A stretch of DNA of 64,000 nucleotides from Obrimoposthia wandeli. Taxonomy: Eukaryota. The notes under the pieces were generated by a model. The model did not search any database and was not told where the DNA came from. It saw only the letters and a list, made by a program, of their open reading frames with translations. The stretch covers positions 496,001 through 560,000 of the forward strand of contig CDROCS010000253.1 of NCBI GenBank assembly GCA_977020255.1, in the 5' to 3' direction. Position 1 is the first letter of the stretch; each line of letters opens with the position of its first letter. Shown here one piece after another: positions 56,588-64,000 of the stretch. The position numbers and the translations under genes are program-made.

Positions 56588-56798
56588 ATTGGCTTTAAGG
56601 CTACAATTTATATGGCAGAAGTTAGTACAAATGTAACGCTAAGCACTTATTTTTGCAATATAAAGCATAACCCCCCCCGTAATTCGGAGCAGTCAGTTAA
56701 GACTAAATGACGGTTGAACAACTGAGGTTTTCCTTACGCTGGCTTCTCTATCAGTATAATTTATAAAGTTAAACAGGTTTTCTCAAAAAATTAATTAC

Positions 56799-57677
56799 CT
56801 AGGGGACATTATTTATATGTACTTCATGGTCAAAAACATAATTTTCATCATCGTTAGTAAATTGCAAATGAATTTGCACAACTGCATTTCGTTTCAGTGA
56901 CGGGGGCTCATAATTAAAAGGGGGATTATCACCGAAATTATTGACCAAGTAACCAGCCATATAATTCCCATTTAAAATGGGATGGCTTTGTAGGCCTCCG
57001 GTAATATCTTCTTTATAACGCATGATAAAACCAGCAGAAGCACAATAACTAACCTGCTCTTTTGTTATGTATAACCGCTGAGTAGGAGAGTCCTCATCAA
57101 CAAGTACATCTTGCGTATTAGATATATTTATTTTCCAAGGCGTTACAGTTGCATCAACGCTCCCTACACTAAATATCTTACCGCTGTCACTGGTGAAATC
57201 GTCATAGATATCTTCATTTTTCAATGGGTAAACAGTGATTAAATCTTTGCAATTTCCACCAGTACCAGCAACAGGACATTGATATGGATCACCCTCACTA
57301 TTGTTAAAGGGAATGACCGAAAAGACTTTAGTGGCTGGCTTTGGTGCAACAGGAATATCGGTATACACGGTGCTCGCAATAATCGGCGTAAATTGAATGC
57401 ATTGTGATGTGTTATCAACTGATAAAATACGAATACTATTGGGTACTGCATTACGTAACTCTCGACTTAGACGTTCAATGACAAAGCGAGCATTACCTAC
57501 AAGTTCGTCGCGATTACTCGCATTTAAGTAAGTTTGTGTTGATAAGGTGATAAAGCCGCTTATGCCAACGGCCATTATGCCCATAATGATAATGACTAAT
57601 ACGAGCTCAATTAGGGTGAAACCTTGGCTGGCTTTTCTATTTATACCGCTAAATTTATTTTTAAAGTAGCCCATCAA
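56799..57677 (-). CDS. mshO: MSHA minor pilin MshO
   Basis: QG-FTLIELVLVI, ERLSRELRNAVPNSIR, C-terminal HEVHINNVP. Confidence 0.9.
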   Translation of the reverse strand: MMGYFKNKFSGINRKASQGFTLIELVLVIIIMGIMAVGISGFITLSTQTYLNASNRDELVGNARFVIERLSRELRNAVPNSIRILSVDNTSQCIQFTPIIASTVYTDIPVAPKPATKVFSVIPFNNSEGDPYQCPVAGTGGNCKDLITVYPLKNEDIYDDFTSDSGKIFSVGSVDATVTPWKINISNTQDVLVDEDSPTQRLYITKEQVSYCASAGFIMRYKEDITGGLQSHPILNGNYMAGYLVNNFGDNPPFNYEPPSLKRNAVVQIHLQFTNDDENYVFDHEVHINNVP

Positions 57678-58228
57678 AAATTAGCCTTATAACTGCTAAA
57701 CTCTATCGCTGTGCCTAACGGTGTAGTAACCGTGACAGTAATACGTTTCGCTAACATATTATCTGATAATTGTAACTCATCCCCTGCGTAGCTCACTTTA
57801 ACAAGAATTTCAAACTGCCTATAACCTTCATCAATATTTTGATCGAGCGCATTTTTCTTCTCGCTATAGTTATTAAAATCATCGACATCATTGTAGTGCT
57901 TACGCTCAGTTTCACCGGGATCAGAGCTGAGATTTAAAGTGCAAGGTAGTGCTCCCGCTTCACCACAACGAAGTAATCCACCTGACATATCTGAATTGTG
58001 ATCAAAAGCACGGCTAGTTATATCGTTCATCAAGCTCTGTGCCAGTTCTGAAGCTTTAATTTGTAGTACATTATCAGCACTTTTTTCTTCTGCTGGCACA
58101 ATTAAGGTACTGACTATGGATAATGAAAGCGTTAGCACAATGATGCCAACAATAAGCTCAATTAAAGTAAAGCCTTGTTGACGCTTAAATTGAGCTTTAA
58201 TTAGGCGATTAAGGGAGATCGAAGACAT
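57674..58228 (-). CDS. mshD: MSHA minor pilin MshD
   Basis: QQG-FTLIELIVGI, YNDVDDFN, C-terminal YKANF. Confidence 0.9.
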   Translation of the reverse strand: MSSISLNRLIKAQFKRQQGFTLIELIVGIIVLTLSLSIVSTLIVPAEEKSADNVLQIKASELAQSLMNDITSRAFDHNSDMSGGLLRCGEAGALPCTLNLSSDPGETERKHYNDVDDFNNYSEKKNALDQNIDEGYRQFEILVKVSYAGDELQLSDNMLAKRITVTVTTPLGTAIEFSSYKANF

Positions 58229-58748
58229 GAATATAACCCTCTTCTTCAATAGAAATGATTAAAGGCTTCTCGCCGGGTCGGATGACATTAATTTCACAGC
58301 CACCAGCACAATCGTAGATGGGACGTCCCATCCAGTCAAAACCTACTTTTACATGATCAGTAAGAATCGCACCACCTTCTTTAACAATATTAAAGGTAAT
58401 TTGATAGCGACTATCAACTAGATGCCCTGTGGCATCAGGAATCCATTTTTCGATGGGGGTAGGAGTAGGGAAAACAATATTATCGCAATTCTTTCTATCA
58501 GGTACACCGTAGCGAGTATAATCATCAGCACCCTCAAAAACAATTTGATGGCAATAATCATCTGTAGTATCTGTTTGCTGCATTGCGCGTTGTTGTGTTA
58601 ACCGTAAAGCTGAAATAAGTTGTGCTCTGTGTGTGTGTGCTTCGTAGCCAGTAGTACCATCAAATTTAGGTGCTACTGACACCGCTATAATAGCGATCAA
58701 AATTATCACTACAATTAATTCTATTAAAGAAAATCCCTTATTATTCAT
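58209..58748 (-). CDS. mshC: MSHA minor pilin MshC
   Basis: KG-FSLIELIVVI, LRLTQQRAM, C-terminal IEEEGYIH. Confidence 0.85.
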   Translation of the reverse strand: MNNKGFSLIELIVVIILIAIIAVSVAPKFDGTTGYEAHTHRAQLISALRLTQQRAMQQTDTTDDYCHQIVFEGADDYTRYGVPDRKNCDNIVFPTPTPIEKWIPDATGHLVDSRYQITFNIVKEGGAILTDHVKVGFDWMGRPIYDCAGGCEINVIRPGEKPLIISIEEEGYIHVFDLP

Positions 58749-58886
58749 TTGTTTTCTCTATTGTGGCTGACAAAAATTTCAAGAAAAACGCCCCAATTAT
58801 CACCTACATAAATATAGTTATTATCTTACAACACTTTAGCGATAGATTGTATACTCAACCATCGCATTTACCACAACGAGTTCATT

Positions 58887-60620
58887 TTGTCTTTATTACC
58901 CTACTTTAAATTATTTCTTGTTCTGTATTTTCTTATTGGCATGCATATTATTTTAGATACACCTGGCGGTGTTGGCTTGTATTATTCCTATAATGTTATT
59001 GCTTGGATAATTACCGCTATTCTTATTGCGCTTGGTTTGTGGCAAGTCACTTTGAATAAAAAAATATACTATAGCAAGATGTTACTTTGGTTAGCTTTAG
59101 GGTGTACTTTTTTAGTCATACCCGCTTTTTATCCCTTTGATTTTACTGACCATGCCATTCCTCGAATTTTAGCCTTAGTGGGCGGCTTTCTTTTTCTATT
59201 TTCACTCTATCAATTTAACCTTTCAAAAATAGAAGCATTACAATTACTCACTCTAATTCTCATCGCAGTGGTTATTGAAGCATGTTTTGGTTTGGTGCAG
59301 TTTTTTATATTCGAAGCAGGTGACTGGGGCGGATATATTGTGGGTAGCAGCAGACCACATGGTGTTTTCATTCAGCCTAACGTTATGGCTAGTTTTATGG
59401 CAACTGGTTTAGCCATTGCATTATTCCTCTCCGTTAAAACCAAGATTATTCAAAATAAACTATGCTTTAATTGCCTAATAGCTTTCAGCCTATTTGTTAC
59501 TAGCTTTTTACTCATATTACTGCAGTCTCGTACCGGTTTTGTCGGGGCATTCGCTGTAATTTTGCTTATATCACCTTATTTATATCAAAAGAACAAAAAG
59601 CAATTATTCACTAACCTAGTTATTATCACAATAGCAGTACTCAGTGCGATAATAAGCCTTGAGCAGTCAGCAACGCCCATTCGTGGCCAGCAAGTGTATG
59701 AAAATGTTGGATCTCGTGATGCTTTATTTATTGTCAGTGTTGATATGATTAAAGAAAAACCATTACTTGGCTACGGCTATGGTGGTTTTGAGCGTAGTTT
59801 CATCGATCACTTCAACCAATATGCAGTAAAAAATCCTGAGATAGGTAATACTATTACCGGATTATCTCATCCACATAATGAGGTACTTTTCTGGGTAGTT
59901 GAAGGAGGTATTATTGCCTTATTGGCTTTTATCTTTTTCACTATTGGTTATATTTGTACTTGGCGTAAAATACCGCTGAGTAAGGGACTAGCATTACTTG
60001 GTTTAGTATTACCTATACTATTACATAGCCAATTAGAATTTCCTTTTTATAGCTCCGTCAGTCATTGGCTAGTGTTTCTCATTATGCTTTGGTTACTAGA
60101 TCATTATTCCTTAAATAATGATGCCCTAGCTGAAGATAAAGATCATAACTTTATCAACTGTCCTCAGACTTTCTTATTACGCTTTTTTGCAATATTAATC
60201 CCAAGTATTTTTATCCCTTTTTTAGTAACCACTTTACACACCGCAAACATTCTTGTTGAACACGAAAAAAATCCTAAAAAATCATTAGCACGATTCAGTG
60301 ACATTATTAACCCAATAGCATGGCAGAGTCGCTTAGATGCGGCTGTTTATGCACATATTCTTATTTCTGGCTTACACAGTCAGGATATAGATAAACTAGA
60401 GAGCTACCTAACATGGGTACTTAAGCGCATTAAGCATAAACCTAGAGAGGACCTTTACGTTCATGCTTTATTAGTACTAAAGACACTGCAGAGGAACGAG
60501 CAATATCAACTATTATTACTTGAAGCAAAACAAACTTATCCGCAAAAAAGTAACTGGCAAGATAGTATTTTACAACCCGATAACATTACCACTTTAGATG
60601 GAATGAAGAGTAGTAATTAA
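58887..60620 (+). CDS. O-antigen ligase/PglL-type O-oligosaccharyltransferase (Wzy_C plus C-terminal extension)
   Basis: About 12 TM segments; GVFIQPNVMASF, LQSRTG, PLLGYGYGGF, HPHNEVLFWVVEGG, LHSQLEFPFY; long soluble C-terminal domain. TTG start is uncertain. Confidence 0.85.
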   Translation: MSLLPYFKLFLVLYFLIGMHIILDTPGGVGLYYSYNVIAWIITAILIALGLWQVTLNKKIYYSKMLLWLALGCTFLVIPAFYPFDFTDHAIPRILALVGGFLFLFSLYQFNLSKIEALQLLTLILIAVVIEACFGLVQFFIFEAGDWGGYIVGSSRPHGVFIQPNVMASFMATGLAIALFLSVKTKIIQNKLCFNCLIAFSLFVTSFLLILLQSRTGFVGAFAVILLISPYLYQKNKKQLFTNLVIITIAVLSAIISLEQSATPIRGQQVYENVGSRDALFIVSVDMIKEKPLLGYGYGGFERSFIDHFNQYAVKNPEIGNTITGLSHPHNEVLFWVVEGGIIALLAFIFFTIGYICTWRKIPLSKGLALLGLVLPILLHSQLEFPFYSSVSHWLVFLIMLWLLDHYSLNNDALAEDKDHNFINCPQTFLLRFFAILIPSIFIPFLVTTLHTANILVEHEKNPKKSLARFSDIINPIAWQSRLDAAVYAHILISGLHSQDIDKLESYLTWVLKRIKHKPREDLYVHALLVLKTLQRNEQYQLLLLEAKQTYPQKSNWQDSILQPDNITTLDGMKSSN

Positions 60621-60797
60621 GCCATTTGAAGGTGCAGGATTCAGCTGGAATTATAAACGCCTTTAAGTAAGACATTGATTGAAAATAATGGTTATTCAGG
60701 AGCACATTCTCCTGAATGACCCTTAATAAAAAAATGCGCCTTGATTATGAATTACTCAGACTTCCTGAAACGAGCATCTTCAAGTGGAGCGGGTATA
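60619..60797. mobile_element. ERIC-like MITE, copy G (type-1 termini, left end eroded)
   Basis: Matches the reverse complement of copy C at both ends (AAGCCATTTGAAGGTGCAGGATTCAGCTGGAATT... and ...GAGCATCTTCAAGTGGAGCGGGTATA) with a large internal deletion. Confidence 0.88.
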
Positions 60798-60852
60798 AGG
60801 CCTTTATCAACCAGGCCATTGAGGAAATCTGATGGGTATAAAAAACAGACAC

Positions 60853-60878
60853 AAAAAAGCCGAGATTATCTCGGCTTT
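60853..60878 (-). terminator. Intrinsic terminator after mshA
   Basis: Minus strand AAAGCCGAGAT-A-ATCTCGGCTTTTTT. Confidence 0.85.
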
Positions 60879-60912
60879 AAGTAAAGAACTATCCCGAAGG
60901 ATTGGCTAAGAA

Positions 60913-61389
60913 TTAACAGTCGTCGGTGTTACTGCTAATTTCAGGCTTATTATGTCTATTATCTGTTGCTTCATAAGTCGCTACACATTCTGCTGGTGTC
61001 GCCGCTTTACTATGGGTAAAAGATGCGGCTGCAGCAGATGAAACACGGATAAAGTCACCGCCATTACCACTAAGTGAATCATTAATTTGCATCAACAAAT
61101 GAATCGAATTACCATCAGGGTAACTCTCTTTAAATGTAATAGCTATACCAGCGATGCTAATAGTGCCATCAACAACACCTGCAACTAATGCTTTCGCATG
61201 CGCCATATCAGCTGCAGAGTGAAGAGAACCTTCTACCGCTTGCACTACTGATTTTTTAGCATCACCCGTTAAATCAATAAATTTAGGTGCAGCTGTTACC
61301 GCTAAAATACCCAAAATAACGATTACTACGACCAATTCAATTAAGGTAAATCCTTTTTGGCTTGCTTTAATATTCATACTACTTTTCAT
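60913..61389 (-). CDS. mshA: MSHA major pilin
   Basis: QKG-FTLIELVVVIVILGILAVTAAPKF, C-terminal Cys pair, own strong terminator. Confidence 0.9.
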   Translation of the reverse strand: MKSSMNIKASQKGFTLIELVVVIVILGILAVTAAPKFIDLTGDAKKSVVQAVEGSLHSAADMAHAKALVAGVVDGTISIAGIAITFKESYPDGNSIHLLMQINDSLSGNGGDFIRVSSAAAASFTHSKAATPAECVATYEATDNRHNKPEISSNTDDC

Positions 61390-61455
61390 GCTTCTTCCTC
61401 AATTTACGAACGAATTTAATTAAAATAATTTAGACCATGTTTACTTAGACAAGGT

Positions 61456-62121
61456 TTACGATTTATCATTTATATAAATAATCACCGAGCTATTTGCAGG
61501 CTGGTAACTAAAACTATTACCTACTTTAGTTAAGTCTGATGGTGCGATATAAGCCCCACCACTATCACGTGCTAACGTTTCTTTTAAGTGATAATGACAC
61601 AAAGTAGATGAGTCGCTACCAGAAACATTGGCTAGATATCGAAAACTACCATCAGTATTGATCTCTGCAACGTTACTGGCAAGTAACGGCGGTTGTTGAA
61701 ATAAACTATTCCATACGCTCATACAAGCAGCTACCGTCATACTTTTATTATTATTAATGCCAGCACTACTATTAGTGCCAACAATATAACCTGGGCTAAT
61801 GGTTGGCGAAGTTGAACTATCGTCACTGGTTAAATATACGATAGTGCCATCATAATTAACCATATTAATACCAGCAATATCTTTGGGACGCGCCTCGGCT
61901 TCCCATTGTGAACGCGCTAATGATACGCCTGTCGCAAAGCCGCCTGCCATACCTTCAATATTTGCCTGTTTTGCTTGTTCAGTTAAATCGACAAACTTAG
62001 GAATAGCGGTAGCCGCCAAAAAACCTAAAATTACGACAACTATTACCAGCTCAATTAAGGTAAAACCCCTCTGGTCATTACTGTTGCGAACAGTGTTGCT
62101 GTGCATATTGCTTTGGATCAT
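61456..62121 (-). CDS. mshB: MSHA minor pilin MshB
   Basis: QRG-FTLIELVIVVVILGFLAATAIPKF, EGMAGGFATGV. Confidence 0.88.
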   Translation of the reverse strand: MIQSNMHSNTVRNSNDQRGFTLIELVIVVVILGFLAATAIPKFVDLTEQAKQANIEGMAGGFATGVSLARSQWEAEARPKDIAGINMVNYDGTIVYLTSDDSSTSPTISPGYIVGTNSSAGINNNKSMTVAACMSVWNSLFQQPPLLASNVAEINTDGSFRYLANVSGSDSSTLCHYHLKETLARDSGGAYIAPSDLTKVGNSFSYQPANSSVIIYINDKS

Positions 62122-62329
62122 TGAGATAACCTTGTTATATGAAACTACACTTTAACTTAATAATGCTACGTGTTAGTTCTAAATGTAAACCTTTAACTGG
62201 CCTAGCCGTGAATATTAACATTATGATTCAGGGCTATCCATATTTCAACGTAGAATAAATTTAATTACTTGTATTAGCATAATAAATTATTATTTACACT
62301 AAAGAAAACCTTACTCTACCCGACGTAAA

Positions 62330-62821
62330 TTAATTAACTTGTTTTACTTTACCTGTGTCACTACGATAATCAAAATATTGCCCATTAGCAAGGCTATAAC
62401 GACATAAACGACCGTTTTTAATAGCATTATTCTGAATTTCAATTGCTATTACTCTTGATTTTACCACCTGTAGTGGCATGGCTAATGTTTGTTGCCAAAT
62501 TTGATGGCAAGCCAAACTGGCATGCTCATTATCAACCCAACCCATATTGTTCACATGAATAAATTCTTTTACATCACTATTTAATCGATTTAACACTACG
62601 GTATTCGGCTGTTTGTCCATAAGCCATTGCCCGTGTATTACGTTAACTTTACTGGTAAAGCTTTGTGCTAAGCCTACAAAGGCGGTATTCGTTATTTTTT
62701 CTTGCTGGCTAAAAAAAACATCGACTAACAGCTTCATCATTATAGCAACTATTACCACAACGATTAAAAATTCAATAATTGAACGTTGCTTTTTCTCAGC
62801 GTACTTACGTGCTTTTTCCAT
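62330..62821 (-). CDS. mshF: MSHA biogenesis protein MshF-like
   Basis: Pilin-like hydrophobic segment, IHGQWLMDKQP, CHQIWQQ; lies between mshG and mshB. Start set at MEKARK. Confidence 0.7.
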   Translation of the reverse strand: MEKARKYAEKKQRSIIEFLIVVVIVAIMMKLLVDVFFSQQEKITNTAFVGLAQSFTSKVNVIHGQWLMDKQPNTVVLNRLNSDVKEFIHVNNMGWVDNEHASLACHQIWQQTLAMPLQVVKSRVIAIEIQNNAIKNGRLCRYSLANGQYFDYRSDTGKVKQVN

Positions 62822-62832
62822 GAGTTTTGCTA

Positions 62833-64000
62833 TTAACCTTGCATAGCCGAGGCCATATCCCACATAGGAGTAAATATACCTAATGCTAACACGAGTACCA
62901 TAACAGCAACGACGACTAAGAGCAGCGGCTCAATTCTTGCGGTTAGTGTTGCCAAATCATAATCAACTTCTCGCTCGTAATAATCCCCCACCTCAGTAAG
63001 CAATTCATCAACTCGGCCAGTTTCTTCGCCTACAGCCACCATCTGCAAGACTAAAGGCGTAAATAAGGCACTGGCTACAGCAGAGCGCAATAAACTTTCT
63101 CCACTTTCGATACCTTGACGCATGGCGGATATTTTTTTCTGCATGTAACTATTATCGACCGCCTCAGCCACCAAGGTTAACCCCGTAGTCATAGGTACGC
63201 CCGCTTTTAATACGATGGCAAAACTATGAGAGAAACGCGCTAATATTGAGCGTTCGATAATACTGCCAATAATAGGGATTTTTATCTTACGTCTATCCCA
63301 CTGGTATCGCCCTTTCTTTGTTTTTATAGATTGGTTGATCATAAAAAATACAAACATAACGCCAAGCAACATATAAGGCCAGTAATGTATAAACAAGTTA
63401 GAGCTCGCAATAATAAATCGCGTAGCAAATGGTAACTCAGCCCCTAAGCGAGAAAACATATCGGCAAAGGTTGGGATGACAAAGATATTTAAAATGACTA
63501 TCGCTGCAGTTATGGCAATGAGTACCATACTAGGATAACGTAATGCAGCTTTAATGCGTTTTCGGGTGTCTAATTCACGTTCAAGATAAGTAGTTAATTT
63601 TAAAAAAGCTTGATCTAATTGTCCGGTGTTTTCACCCACATGCACTAAAGAAACAAATAGATGGTCAAAAATCTTAGGGTGATTATTGAGTGCTGAAGAA
63701 AACGTATAACCTCCTTCAAGCTGCTTTCCTATATCCGTTAATGCTTTTTTCAGCGCGATTGAATTCGCCGATTCAACCATGCCATTAATTGCTCGTAATA
63801 TCGGCACACCAGAGCGCATTAAAGCATACATTTGTCGACAAAAAACGATCAGTTCTTCTAGTGAAACTCGACCATTATTGAGTAATTCAAAGACATCAAT
63901 ACTAGCAGCATTATTGCCTTTTATCGCTGCAACAATAGAGATGGGGGTAATACCCTTTTTAAATAACTTTTCCGCGGCAACATCTGCATTGGCAGCATCA
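62833..64000 (-). CDS. mshG: MSHA platform protein MshG (PilC/GspF family), 5' end outside the window
   Basis: The frame stays open to the window edge (DAANADVAAEKLFKKGITPI...). FCRQMYALMRSGVP, GENTGQLD, ALRYP, VGEETG. Confidence 0.95.
   Translation of the reverse strand, partial: DAANADVAAEKLFKKGITPISIVAAIKGNNAASIDVFELLNNGRVSLEELIVFCRQMYALMRSGVPILRAINGMVESANSIALKKALTDIGKQLEGGYTFSSALNNHPKIFDHLFVSLVHVGENTGQLDQAFLKLTTYLERELDTRKRIKAALRYPSMVLIAITAAIVILNIFVIPTFADMFSRLGAELPFATRFIIASSNLFIHYWPYMLLGVMFVFFMINQSIKTKKGRYQWDRRKIKIPIIGSIIERSILARFSHSFAIVLKAGVPMTTGLTLVAEAVDNSYMQKKISAMRQGIESGESLLRSAVASALFTPLVLQMVAVGEETGRVDELLTEVGDYYEREVDYDLATLTARIEPLLLVVVAVMVLVLALGIFTPMWDMASAMQG

Noticed and set aside
58628-58639. 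Short GT dinucleotide run in mshC as a phase-variation site
   Set aside because: Too few units, and the frame is intact (EAHTHRAQ).

Overview
AT-rich chromosomal core region of a marine gammaproteobacterium. Gene order and protein style suggest Colwelliaceae/Alteromonadales (inference). Housekeeping content, left to right: mdh (partial)-argR, an orphan hybrid histidine kinase, PIN-PhoH, rapA-rluA, a DUF3530-like gene, djlA, lptD-surA-pdxA-rsmA-apaH (no apaG), an MCP, a cold-shock protein, murA-ibaG-mlaBCDEF, yrbG-kdsD-kdsC-lptCAB-rpoN-hpf-ptsN-rapZ-npr-mgtE, pmbA, yjgA, tldD-nit-yhdP-rng-maf-mreDCB, and most of an MSHA type IVa pilus cluster (mshQPODC, mshA, mshB, mshF, partial mshG). Two things the ORF track does not explain stand out. 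(1) A PglL-type O-oligosaccharyltransferase gene sits on the opposite strand between mshC and the major pilin mshA. The same cluster has a large MshQ with lectin-like modules. Together these suggest a glycosylated MSHA pilus. (2) About nine ERIC-like non-autonomous palindromic elements (36-348 bp) are scattered through the window. They have three kinds of termini but share interchangeable internal hairpin modules, show compensatory base changes, and include nested inserts and deletion derivatives. One copy supplies the stop codon of the nitrilase gene and appears to have broken a TAATG coupling to tldD. I saw no rRNA, tRNA, CRISPR array or transposase. All calls come from reading motifs by eye; no searches were run.
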